Below, piece by piece: positions 46,031-59,890 of a DNA stretch of 64,000 nucleotides. Made by a program: the position numbers and the translations under genes. The stretch's first letter is position 1, and every line of letters begins with the position of its first letter. The stretch comes from Schmidtea polychroa (taxonomy: Eukaryota). Below the pieces are notes generated by a model that saw only the letters and a list, made by a program, of their open reading frames with translations, was not told the origin of the DNA and searched no databases. Location of the stretch: NCBI GenBank assembly GCA_044892525.1, contig CM097885.1, forward strand, positions 237,896,001 through 237,960,000, in the 5' to 3' direction.

Positions 46031-46524
46031 ATATGCATGCTCTGTTATTTCAATGTATGATAGCTTAAATTTGAATTCCACTAAATTATTAGTTTTCGGA
46101 AGTGTAGAGAGATTTATTTTGACTGTATCATTAAATACATTACGTAAATCAGTAAATCCAAGACGTTTAGCATCAGCCATTGTAGAAAATACAATTTCGA
46201 ATGGCTTATTCAAGCAATTCATGTATAAATATTGACCATCATCATAAATTATAGGTTTCCTTGATTTCGATGAACTCGTCAAGTTATAACTATCTTTATC
46301 AATAAGAACACTAATATATTCCGTTACTGATACTTTCTTATTATATTCAATAACTGATTTGCTATAGATTGGGAATAAATTGTATACAAATGTAAAATCC
46401 AACAGAGCAACTTCCCAGTCATTATCCAAATAGATGGGGTTTTGGAGTTCGATGATGAATTTGCTTGCTTGATTTTCTGGATGAATTAATGGACAACTAT
46501 TGCTCGGCAAAATAGTATAAAAAT

Positions 46525-47688
<1,164 letters not shown>

Positions 47689-47749
47689 TACAACAAGAAG
47701 ATTTAAAATTAAATTTAATGTCGGGCAATGAAGGATTAGCACCCATTGT

Positions 47750-48283
47750 TTATGATTGATTTCCTACAACTCCACCTAATAATGATAATGCCAGAGGTAT
47801 TAATGCACCAATAAATCCACCTTGTTGTTTATATATAATTTTTCTCATTTGCTTACGATTTTTATTATTTACTAAAGATAACAACGGTTTCCTATGTTTG
47901 CTCAATAAATGCTTTTTTGATTTACTGATTTTAATTTTGCCTTTGACTACTTTAAGTATAATATTGAGTAAATCATCGACAACAAAATTTGGGAATGATT
48001 GCAATATATTCATTCTTTTCATACTCGGGGCCTTTAACAATGCATTAAAAAATGGAAAACTGCGATGATTTTTAACTACTTTTTTACCGGTTTTACGAGT
48101 TTTACGGGTTTTACGCTTAGGTTTTGGATTTTTCGAAATAAGATTCATTGCAGAGAAATTTTCAGTTACAAGTTTTTTAGACGGTGTATAACTAGTTGTT
48201 GGTGGAACTTTTGGAACTTTAATAGTCTTTCTAATACCTTTTCTTAATTTCCTAATATTTTTCACCCTTGCTTTTAGAAACAT
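47750..48283 (-). CDS. Highly basic core protein with C-terminal hydrophobic/amphipathic peptide
   Basis: Lys/Arg-rich body ending KQQGG|FIGALIPLALSLLGG, an adenain-type cleavage site followed by a lytic-peptide-like helix. Confidence 0.75.
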   Translation of the reverse strand: MFLKARVKNIRKLRKGIRKTIKVPKVPPTTSYTPSKKLVTENFSAMNLISKNPKPKRKTRKTRKTGKKVVKNHRSFPFFNALLKAPSMKRMNILQSFPNFVVDDLLNIILKVVKGKIKISKSKKHLLSKHRKPLLSLVNNKNRKQMRKIIYKQQGGFIGALIPLALSLLGGVVGNQS

Positions 48284-48301
48284 TATTATTCATAGAGGTT
48301 T

Positions 48302-48928
48302 TCAACTTTGTTTATAAACCATGGCACCTTTTGGGTTGAAAATATCTGTTTTTACACGTAAATCATCGGGACATTGTTGTGTGAAATCAAGAAATATATA
48401 TCCATGAGGTATTTTTGTAGCATCTTGAAATGCACTGATAAGAAAATTACGATTATTAGGGTATGCTTGACGTGCAAGAAAATCAATCACTTTTGCATCT
48501 CTAGGATTCTTGAAAATAACTAAATATTGTACATTTAAATTACGTGTTCGATGTGCCCCACCTTGATGAAATAGATTTTGTGTTATGAAAATAACTGTTA
48601 CACCGACATGTCTGCTGATCTTTGTAAATAAATTATTAAAATCTTTTTCTTTATTAGCTTCTTGATACAAATCATCGATAATAATGACATCACCTTTCTT
48701 TAATCGGCTGGACCAGTTTTTATCGAATCCCTTTACTATTTTCATGTTTTTTAATTTACAGAAACTTGATTGAGTTAATCCATGTTCTTCATCAGCACTC
48801 CTATGCCAATAAATCCTGTTGAATTTTGATTTGAATAAATTTGATTTTAGTAATTTACAAACAAATAATGTTTTTCCACTACCACTCGGACCAACGATTT
48901 GGTATACTGCATCATTTCTTAATTCCAT
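48302..48928 (-). CDS. FtsK/A32-like genome-packaging ATPase
   Basis: Walker A GPSGSGKT, Walker B IIIDD, and SRH...FITQ. Confidence 0.95.
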   Translation of the reverse strand: MELRNDAVYQIVGPSGSGKTLFVCKLLKSNLFKSKFNRIYWHRSADEEHGLTQSSFCKLKNMKIVKGFDKNWSSRLKKGDVIIIDDLYQEANKEKDFNNLFTKISRHVGVTVIFITQNLFHQGGAHRTRNLNVQYLVIFKNPRDAKVIDFLARQAYPNNRNFLISAFQDATKIPHGYIFLDFTQQCPDDLRVKTDIFNPKGAMVYKQS

Positions 48929-49026
48929 TTCAAAATTTTATATATGTGTATTTGTTTATATTCGATGATTTAATGAACTCGTGCTCAATGTGTATATAAA
49001 GACTAATTTTCATAAATGATTTAATA

Positions 49027-49464
49027 ATGTTAGCAAATATAAATTATCGAGGAAATTTTGATGTATCGAATATGAGGTTCCCACCAGTGAAACCCCAGCA
49101 AATTATCGATAGAAGCGGGAAATATCCGATAATATTTTTCAAGACTGGTAAGTGTCGAATCATGGGATGTAAGAAACCTTTGGATATTAATAAATTACAA
49201 TATCGAATAAAAAATATTATAATCCAATCAATTACCGTTACTATGGATATAGGATATACTATCAATCTATATAACATGTCGAAAAAATGTGATTGTATGT
49301 TTGAACCGGAATTGTTTCCGGCACTAAGACTATTAAAATATAACCCTATATGTGTCAACGTGTTTGCTAGTGGAAAGGTTGTCATGCTAGGGTTGAGAAA
49401 TTTGGAGTATAGAGAATTTGTTGACAATGTTCGAAATGAGATAATTTCATTGGTTGATTTCTAA
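49027..49464 (+). CDS. TATA-binding protein-like protein
   Basis: Two TBP-like half repeats: IIFFKTGKCRIMG and FEPELFPAL...VNVFASGKVVMLG, compared with TBP LIFSSGKMVCTG and YEPELFPGL...LIFVSGKVVLTG. Confidence 0.8.
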   Translation: MLANINYRGNFDVSNMRFPPVKPQQIIDRSGKYPIIFFKTGKCRIMGCKKPLDINKLQYRIKNIIIQSITVTMDIGYTINLYNMSKKCDCMFEPELFPALRLLKYNPICVNVFASGKVVMLGLRNLEYREFVDNVRNEIISLVDF

Positions 49465-49537
49465 TTGGTTAGTTTCTTATTGGTTATTGATTGATTTAAA
49501 CAAACGGTTTTTGTTTAGAATTCATTTTTTCAACATC

Positions 49538-49955
49538 ATGTACAAATTACCAAGCTCTGCAACCCTCATGAAGGATATTGACGATTCCGGTAAATTTAAA
49601 ATTTTTATTTTCACATTATTTACTATTTATTATTTTAGAAAAATATTTAAAAGTTATGATCGATAGGATGAAATATTATTATCCTCAAATTATTGAAATT
49701 ATCAAGGATCGAGAAGCAGAAATAATTCCGGACCTCATTTTCTACTCTACTCAAATTAGAATAATGGAGGTATTTCACCAGTTCTTGTGGGATATTAAGA
49801 TCAACAGAACCATCAAACAAATGGAGCCAGAGTACCAGTGCCTCATCGGATGCTCATGTTGTGCCGATCGATATCGGCGATATGTCGAATGGGAGTTAGT
49901 GAAAACTCTGAGAAGGTTTCACTACTCCCGGATTGTTGATTTGGGTTACGAATAA
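49538..49955 (+). CDS. Two-exon hypothetical protein with a Cys cluster; intron 49590-49638
   Basis: ATG at 49538; a 49-nt GT-AG intron joins in phase to the downstream ORF (CLIGCSCC); AATAAA overlaps the stop. Confidence 0.7.
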
Positions 49956-50030
49956 ATGTATTTCGTGTTTGAATTGTGTTTTTTCTTTATATTTAAAATA
50001 GTAATAATATAAATAGTAATAATAATAGAA

Positions 50031-50102
<72 letters not shown>

Positions 50103-50170
50103 GAAATAGTAATAATAGTAATAATAATAAAACATTAATAAAACATTAATAGAACATAAATGCAGCATTA

Positions 50171-50247
50171 ATGCAAATGACCTGCAATTTTAAACAAAGA
50201 CATGCTATCATCTGATTGGTTGATAGACATGAGTCAAAGGTATAAAA
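50171..50247 (+). promoter_or_regulatory. Pol II-type promoter of the ORF at 50282
   Basis: ATGCAAAT (50171), AACAAAG (50193), reverse CCAAT (about 50215), TGAGTCA (50230) and TATAAAA (50241), about 40 nt before the ATG. Confidence 0.55.
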
Positions 50248-50281
50248 ACCCTGTAACATTTAAATTTATTCATTATTCACG

Positions 50282-50692
50282 ATGACCAAGAAAATTTCAA
50301 GCACCGAAAAACCTAAAGAAATGGTACAACCAGTTCAAATGTTCCACAACTACAAAATGTATTTTTTGAAAGAAGAAATCAATATGAAATTGGTTGCACC
50401 AGTCAAGCTAATTCCGACTAAATTCGAATTCTTATCCGGCACGCTTTCAATGATTGATGTCAAAACTATTGATGATGTTTTTAAACGGATAGATTCGAAT
50501 CTATCGTGTAATCAACATGCATGGTTCAACAATAGATATGCAAGATTTTATGATGCTTTTGATGAAATCAGTTTCAAAGAAAATGAAAATTGGTATATAA
50601 CTATAGCAATCCAGGGATATAAAGTTGATAATAATGATGTATATTCTCCTATTTGGAAAATTATGTCTGCTAGACTTTCACAAATATTTTAA
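50282..50692 (+). CDS. Hypothetical Polinton protein (136 aa)
   Basis: ATG-initiated ORF with upstream TATA box and downstream AATAAA; function not recognised. Confidence 0.7.
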   Translation: MTKKISSTEKPKEMVQPVQMFHNYKMYFLKEEINMKLVAPVKLIPTKFEFLSGTLSMIDVKTIDDVFKRIDSNLSCNQHAWFNNRYARFYDAFDEISFKENENWYITIAIQGYKVDNNDVYSPIWKIMSARLSQIF

Positions 50693-50818
50693 TGTTATAT
50701 TTAATAAATGTATTAGTCAGATTTGTTTTTCTCTTTATTAATTGCAACATAAATGCAAATGACATGCAAATTTAACAAAGAAAATATATAAACAAAATTA
50801 TAATATAGTTTTAAAGTG

Positions 50819-51168
50819 ATGAAAATGACTGCAGAAAAAGGTTAACATGATTAATTAATTACCGAATTATTTATTATTTAGAATTTTTAATCAACTTTTT
50901 GTTGGAAAAGTTAGCAGAAATATCTGGTGTGAAAATTGAGGACATATTATCTATTACAAATGCCTTAAATATCGGCTGGATAGTTGAGAGTCAAGATACA
51001 GGATTTGATGATGAGGAAGAAACTCAAGAAACCGATACTCAAGAAATTGATGAGGAAATCTATGAACCTATAGAGGAACCTAAAGATAATATTACGAATG
51101 ATTGTATTGATCATGTCGTTGAAAATATAAGGAAATGTGGAGATGACGACTGCGAATGTGTTAATTAA
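50819..51168 (+). CDS. Two-exon small acidic protein; intron 50841-50881
   Basis: ATG at 50819; a 41-nt GT-AG intron joins in phase to ORF 50899-51168. Confidence 0.65.
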
Positions 51169-51239
51169 TAAATCTTAGTTAATTAGTGTTTGTAAATTTA
51201 TTTAAAATTTTATTTAAAAATCAAACAAAAATAACTATA

Positions 51240-51760
51240 TTAATTTTTATTTAAAAATCTTGATAAAATATACAAAATAGCAACACCTGTTGCAAGTTTT
51301 ACATAGTTTTTAAATTTTCTTTTCTGCTCATCAATTTCCTTCGCATTTCTAGCGAGTTGATTGAATACGCCCCATCCGCCATTGGCTTCAATCCATGGTT
51401 GGAACTTTGACTTGATTATCTAGAAAATAAATATTAATAAAATATAAATTATAAAAGTATTACTTCTTGAGACCACTGATAATAGTGCTCTGAGTCCCAT
51501 AGACTTCTTTCGATAATTATTTTCATATAAGCGAACCCTACTAGTATTCGGGTCCACTTCATCTGATCGTCGCATAGACAGTTAAAAATTCTATTAAAAT
51601 AGAATTTTTTGGTTTCCAGACAATCGGAATTGATCACATCTTCATAATCAATGTGATTACCTTCTATGACCTTTTCGGTTCGATCGACCAGGAAACATAG
51701 GCTTTCCATAATATTCCTGTTGACGAGTTCTCTTAAAAGATTTTCCATAAATTGAGACAT
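51240..51760 (-). CDS. Two-exon Bcl-2-family protein (158 aa); intron 51463-51420
   Basis: Exon 1 has BH1-like MKWTRILVGFAY. Exon 2 (manual translation) has BH2 FQPWIEANGGWGVF and a tail anchor YVKLATGVAILYILSRFLNKN*. Confidence 0.85.
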
Positions 51761-52259
51761 TTTTACAATAATTTAAAATATGATGTTTTATTTATACTAA
51801 TACCGGAGGATTTTGATTGGTTTATAGACTATAAATGTAAAAGAAAGGTTTTGATTTGATACACCATGAAAACTATATTCATATTGCTAATTATCATAAC
51901 GAGTGTGTGCTCACACAATACAACAATAACAGTGGAGTCTTTTAATAAATCAATATGTGTTTGTCCGAATACAGCCAAGTTGATGGATATTTTATATATT
52001 CTCGACAAACCAAAATGGTCAAAGCATCCAGGAAAAAGAATATCTCAAAGATTGGAGAATTTAGAAAACAGTTATGAACTATCATTTGAATATATAGAAA
52101 ATATTAAATTTGAATTGATTCATCATATTAAAGTTTTCAATAACTCCATTGCTGAAAATAAAAAGAAATTCAAAACAATCAAAGGATCAATAGAATCTCT
52201 GAAAATCAATTCAACGTTACCAATTTCAAACAATATTGCTGCAAATAGTAGTACATCAA

Positions 52260-53244
<985 letters not shown>

Positions 53245-53514
53245 AACATCAAACACAACAATAATTCCATGAGCTCCTCTGTAATAAGACGAGGTTATAG
53301 TTCTAAATCTTTCTTGTCCTGCTGTGTCCCATATTTGCAATTTCATAGTTTCACCATCTAATTCAATAGTTCTGATGTTAAAGTCAACTCCAATTGTGCT
53401 TATGCAACTTTCAGTATAAGAATCATCTGCAGGTCTGAGTAATAAACAAGATTTTCCCACACCAGAATCTCCAATTAATAGAAACTTGAATAAATAGTCA
53501 CACTCTGGATTCAT
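53245..53514 (-). pseudogene. RAB1: Rab1 5' fragment, intronless, interrupted by the Polinton
   Basis: [20 protein letters not shown]...[29 protein letters not shown], with substitutions at normally invariant sites (F>P, Y>C). Confidence 0.92.
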
Positions 53515-53830
53515 TTAATTATTGCCCACGTCCGGTTTCGAATAACAGATTATTATAATTCCAAAGAATTCCAGAACGATTCGAAAATTCCAAATTCCAG
53601 AAAACGATTTTAATAAACCACCCAGATAAACAAAATCACAAAATTAATATAATTTCTACAACCATAATATAAAAATTACAATTTAAAAATTACATTGTAA
53701 ACCTACTTCTCGCGTCTGTGTGCGCACACCAACAAAATTCAGTCAAATCATACCGCGCACACAGACGCGATACAGAAAACTCCAAACAACTGCCAGTCCA
53801 GAGGCAATCCCCCTCTGACTGGTCGAAACA

Positions 53831-54060
<230 letters not shown>

Positions 54061-54479
54061 GAAACGTCATTATTTTATTATTATTTCTTGCACTACATTA
54101 TTTTAACCTTGCATTAGTGATAATGATCCTGCAAACTCAAATTGAAATCCAGAAAATCTTTGTTGCACGCATAAATTATTGTATGGGATTTACGTGGTTA
54201 GAAGAAAATTTTGTTTACAAGCAAAATGTAACGGCCTCTAATGTGCGTGAATACTTGCTTACATAAAGTGAAACGGAGTCAGGCTTGCTTACAGGCATTT
54301 AATAATAGTACGAAATGCCTAATAGTACGTAGTTATAAAGTTGAGTATTATCGCCATTCACTAAGATCCAATTCAATTTCCTATCTACACGGTCCTATTA
54401 GCGGGGGCCATTTTATCAGAGTCCCTTTGGATGCCTCTGGTTGTCTGAATCCTAAGCGAAACATCTCAATCTTCAATTG

Positions 54480-55130
54480 AAAATGATCTTGTTCTTTACG
54501 AAAGTGTTCTATCAGTTTAAAAAATCGACAGGTGTTGACAATCGACTGCTTATTGAAATAAACGATACAAGGCTACTACAGAATTTTTGGTGTGTAGAAG
54601 GTTGTCAACTACACGTTCCCGAACGTTCTACAGTGCGATAGAAAATCGGGGATTTGCTTATTGACCTTGTCATTGTCTGCCGATGTAGGTGTCTTCCTAG
54701 AACTTTTCAATGATGTTAGTAGAGGACAAATGTTGACCAAGTCCTCAAAAGCAGAAGGAACATGAGCTACTAGAACGAAGATCAGTGCCAACATAATCTT
54801 GATGTGTCTATGCAAAGATTTTCGTCATCGCGATAGACTGTTGACAGATTAGAATCTATAACCTTCTCTACAAATTCAGGCATCCAACGATTCGTGCTCC
54901 AGGAAAAAACTGTGTTGCGTGCATTCTGAATGGCTTTCTCAAAATCGGACATGATACCCCTGGATTAAGCATAAGTTTAATTTCTTTCAGTTTGTGCAGG
55001 ATATGCTCATCTTTATGGTTGTCTTTATTGTTTTCAGAATGACAATGTCCCTGATGTATTTCACAGGGCCATGTGCAAAAGCATCTAGTTTTCGCTGTCA
55101 TTGAATTATTCATTGTGAAGCCGTATAATA
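54480..55130 (-). mobile_element. Decayed MULE-like transposase relic
   Basis: Fragments FFPGARIVGCL and MLALIFV....VPSAFEDL in broken frames. Confidence 0.5.
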
Positions 55131-55272
55131 AATCATCAAATTAAAATTTGAAAAACATCCAGATACAGGTTAAATAATGGTTAAAACCATGGTAAGATAG
55201 GATTCATCAGAATATGTTCAGGAAAGGTCTCAAAACAAAAAAAACCTACAAAAACAGAAAATCGTTAATTAA

Positions 55273-55493
55273 CCCTTTAACCACTAAAACCGTCTACAGA
55301 CGGTCATCATAAAAACCCCATTCAATTCAAATCAAAACATTTTCGCGTTCCAAACAGTAAGACCGTTTTTCGTCTGTAAAACTACACACCACAACTTGCA
55401 GGTTTGAACACGATCAAACACATGGTTTGCTTGTAACGGTCAGTTTGGTTGAGTTTGGTTTGTCCTCGTAATTTTATTTCAGTGGTTTAAGGG
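55273..55493. mobile_element. piggyBac-like MITE
   Basis: TIRs CCCTTTAACCACT / AGTGGTTTAAGGG with a TTAA TSD. Confidence 0.7.
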
Positions 55494-58400
55494 TTAATTG
55501 ATTAATTAAGAAAATCCGAGTTAGGTAAACAAAAAGAAAAGCAAACAAAGTTGCTTTGGAAAGCCATTATCATGACAACATGAGTAATGGGAAAACATGT
55601 AAAAGATTATCATGGGGAAAATACATGGTGGGACAATGGTGGGAAAGCACGACGAAAAGAGGAAAATTTCCGTGACGCAAAGGATGTCAAATAAATGCTA
55701 GCCAATTGAAAGTCTTAAATCAAAACGATTGTTTCAAATATATAAGAGAAGACAAAATCAAATGCAATTGGCATTTTGTCTCAGGTGGGGATGAAGACAC
55801 TGAGAATAGGATTTAAGGAATTAAATTAGTTATTGGAAGTAGAACAACATAAGAATTAAAATATCTTAATAGGTTAAATACGAATCGAATCGTGGATCAG
55901 ATTTGTCGAAGGTGATTATTGCTATAAAGTGCATAGAAGTTCATAGAAACGAATAACCATAGCGAGACTCATTGGGTGATCATAGCGAGTGTTATTTCTC
56001 ATTGTGAACATTTGAGTGTTATAATTTGAATATAAATATACGTTGAATTTTGTTCTCTCAGTTGGTTTCTTTTATAGAACACATGGAATCAGGGATACCG
56101 ACTTTTAATATTTAATTTATTGACAACCCAAAGTATGTTATGGTGAGCCTGACGTGATTAAAGTTGGAAAGGATTTTGGAAAAACTTTGCTGATAAAATA
56201 TTAAAGTGATCAAAGTCAGAAGGGATACGGAAAATTTTGATAAAATATTGACCTGAAAAAGTCGGGATAGGAATGAAGATTTGATATAATACTGACATAT
56301 TTGAAAGCTTAAAGAAAAATGTGAAAATATTAGCAAGATATATGGAAATCTTGAAAAAGGTTACTTATTTAATATTTACATTTTGAGATTTAGCACAGAA
56401 CAAATACAACTTGAGGAACCAGAAAGGAGTAGAGATGGCCAGAGATAATGTCTAGATGATTGATTTTGCAAGTTGCCAGAAATTACCAGTCAATCAATAT
56501 GGAGGAGGCCCTGTGGAATTTGCTGATTTCATGGGAGATTATTACATGTATGCCTCAATACTTCCAATATTTTTATAAAATATAAATAAAATATCCAAAA
56601 TCTCTGAATGTTGTTCATAGTTGTTTTTGCTTACTATTAATGATGAAAGCATGACAATTTTGAATATTGTGGGCACCTACTCAAAACTCGATAGATTAAA
56701 ACAATACTGCACAGTGAGGCTTAGGGGTATTTCGAGGTTGGTCACAGTTTATTCCCTTACAAACATCGTAATCATGAGGTTATCGGAGTTTCAGATGTGT
56801 TTACATGACTATTTCAAACACAACAAGGCACCCATGACAATTGTCATGTTGGATCTGTGCGAAGTCGGCGGAGTCTATGAGGCAGGTGAGCCCCTGCGGA
56901 AGGACTATTCCCCCATAATTCTCCTACCGGTTCTGGACGGCTGTTAGAAGGACTTACGTCTGTCAAGCAACAAAGTTATCAATCACATCGCATTTTCATT
57001 CGCAGTAGCAGGCATACTGTGATAAGCCAATCATTATCGAATTCGATTGAAGGAAAAGAAGCGCATTATAAAACTGATAAGTCATATACTATTATATTTT
57101 CAACAAAAAGTCACACACTATGTATTTTAAACTACTCTAAGCATACTAAGAACATCAGCACTACTCTATCATAATCACAATGTCACCAAAAGTTACATGG
57201 ACTCTGTACAGAAAGTTGCTGCTTCGGTTTCAGCGAGCAGATCATTTAAATCAAAATCGTTACAAATGGTTCGCAGTCATATCTTACAAAGTGATTTCCT
57301 TTAAAATAGCAAAACAACATTTTCGATATAAAAGTTCCTGCAGCAGTAATGAAACGGTGCAATGCCAATTCGTTATTGTGAAGAGCAAGACACATTCTTA
57401 TATACCTATTGTGAGTACAGAATTATTCCGACATTTAGACGAAGAACTGGGATGATGATGATATTCCTATAATTATCGGATTATTACTTTACCTACATTT
57501 CCTAACTAATACTTATTCGGGTTTATCTATTAAAAATTCGCTTGGCAAACTAAGACCCCTAAATTTGCACCAGTTATCATTACCGTAGTTACTATTTTAT
57601 TGAAAATTTTCCCCGTGAAATCATATTGAAAATTTCTCAGACGTATAGTTACCTCGCCTGCTATAATATTGAAATCTGACCGTCGAATTATGTTGTAATT
57701 GAAATTATGTACTAACTACTCATCCGTCGCAATTGTTGCAGTCATCCATTTTTATTTTTATTTCTTATGGGTATGACGGCGTGCTGGTCTTATTAGGCCG
57801 AAAAATTAGCATATGTCTTATTGGCGTGTGGTATGTGATTGATGTGGGCCTTACTGAAATTCTGGTTTTATGTCTAACGTATTACTCAAAGTTTGCAAAA
57901 GTTGGTTTGTTAATTGGACTCAGAATCTTACGTCGGCGTTCTCACAGAATTCCTATTGTTGTCGACTACGAATCGTTATCATCAAGGTATGGATCTCTTG
58001 TCCCGGCAGGACATTGGGCTCATTCGACCTGTTAACTGAAAATCGAGGTTTTCGATATTTACCATTTCCTAATTTCTGCTTTTGTTATCCGGCGATCCTT
58101 ATCAACCTGGCAGTTTGGCTCCAACCTACCTATAGATTACTATGATGCCTATACTGAGTGATAACTTTTATGATTTTAACACTTCTAAAGAAATCTCGAT
58201 TTATGTATTATTTCCTATGTAATTGGGTAAGAAAGCTTTAATAATATTATGCGTTTTCGTTATAAATTTCGACAATAACTAAGAATCGGCAGACTTCTCG
58301 TGTTGTCATCAAAGATTATCATAGATTATCGGATTTATTAATCGCCCTACTATCAAAACTCTATCGCTAGCCATCTCATCTGCCTTACTTCATACACTCT

Positions 58401-58975
58401 TCTCGTCGACACTCGTCATTACTCCTTGATTTATTCGTATCATTTTCACTACTATCGAAACACCAAATCATCTCTCATAATACTAACATTACATCCTTTA
58501 ATTTTATCGTTCTACTGCTCTATTTGTAGCCATTCTTCTTAAAAATGTCAGCGTTTGAACTCAGAAGGCTTTACTTAGCACTTCGCTGAATTTCGGCTGA
58601 ACTATGTTTGAACTGCTATTGAGATCCTGAGGTAAGAAGACATAACTTTCCCTTTGCTTTTATCAAGCGTAGCACTTAATCCTAAAACTTGAAAATCATG
58701 AAATGGAATTATTATGTCATTATGTAATTATTACTCCTACTATTAGGACCTTTCTAAATTTAAACTATTATAATGAAATAATTGCGGCGGAAAAGAAATA
58801 AGGCAATTAAAATTACCAATTAATATTTTGCAGTGCAGATAATAATTATATTAACATTAAAAACATCAAAATTTACTCGTAGGTTGGTTATAAATGGCTA
58901 TTCGATAAGTAAAGATTCCATTAAGTTTTATTTACTAACCTTAATATGCTTGAAAACCCTTGCGACATGATGAAT

Positions 58976-59890
58976 GTGACCAGTACCCTTACTAGCAATA
59001 CCCATAGGGGGACAGAATATCTTATCGGATAAACTCTGACTATATAATAATAATCACATATTATGAATATACACCCATGTTAAACAAGGTATGTGTATAT
59101 AGAATAATGATAATATTTATGCAAAACATGTGCAATAATTATTTCTTTGTTAAATAAGTCAACTTTAGCGTCAAAATAAGTTTTTAAAATATATTTAAAT
59201 TTTAAAATACCGCAACGTAATATATTTTTGTCCTACCCCTTCATTGATTTAAGTTGGTCGGAATTTAATAATAATTTTAATAATAATTATATGATGCCCT
59301 TTAAGACATGTTGAATGTGAGTAGTACCCTTTTTACCATTACCCATATGAGCAATACCCATAGGGGGACAGAATATCTTGTCGGATAAACTCTGACTATA
59401 TATAATAATAATAATAATATTCCCCGCGAGCGTAATAATAATAATAATTGGTAGAAGATAGACCTTTCGAGTGACACCCTTGGTTGAAACTCTGACCTTA
59501 TTTGACCTTTGGAAATTAAAAATATAATGAATCATTTGTCTTTGTTTAAAATGACGAGTCATATGCCTTTGTTCGGTAAAATATCTTTGTTATGTAATAT
59601 GTCTTTGTTATGAAATGATTCTTTGTTTAAATGATGAGTCATATGTCTTTGTTCCTTAAATATCTTTGTTACGTAATATCTCTATGTTTAAATTGATGAG
59701 TCATATATCTTTGTTCCTTAAATGTTTTTGTTACGTAATAGTTCTTTGTTTAAATTGATGAGTCATATGTCTTTGTTATGTAATAGTTCTTTGCTTAAAT
59801 TGATGAGGCATATGACTTTGTTCCCTAAAATGTCTTTGTGATTTAATATGTTTTTGTTGTGTAATATGTCTTTGTTTAAATATTTGACCT
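58976..59890. mobile_element. Relic of a related Polinton TIR
   Basis: Two diverged copies (about 58976-59036 and 59317-59392) of the TIR block at about 52335-52395, then a TCTTTGTT/ATGAGTCAT array resembling 53090-53150. Confidence 0.7.

Noticed and set aside
56621..58145. Cluster of 90-108-aa ORFs in less AT-rich DNA
   Set aside because: No recognisable motifs or consistent frame; probably a decayed element that I cannot assign.
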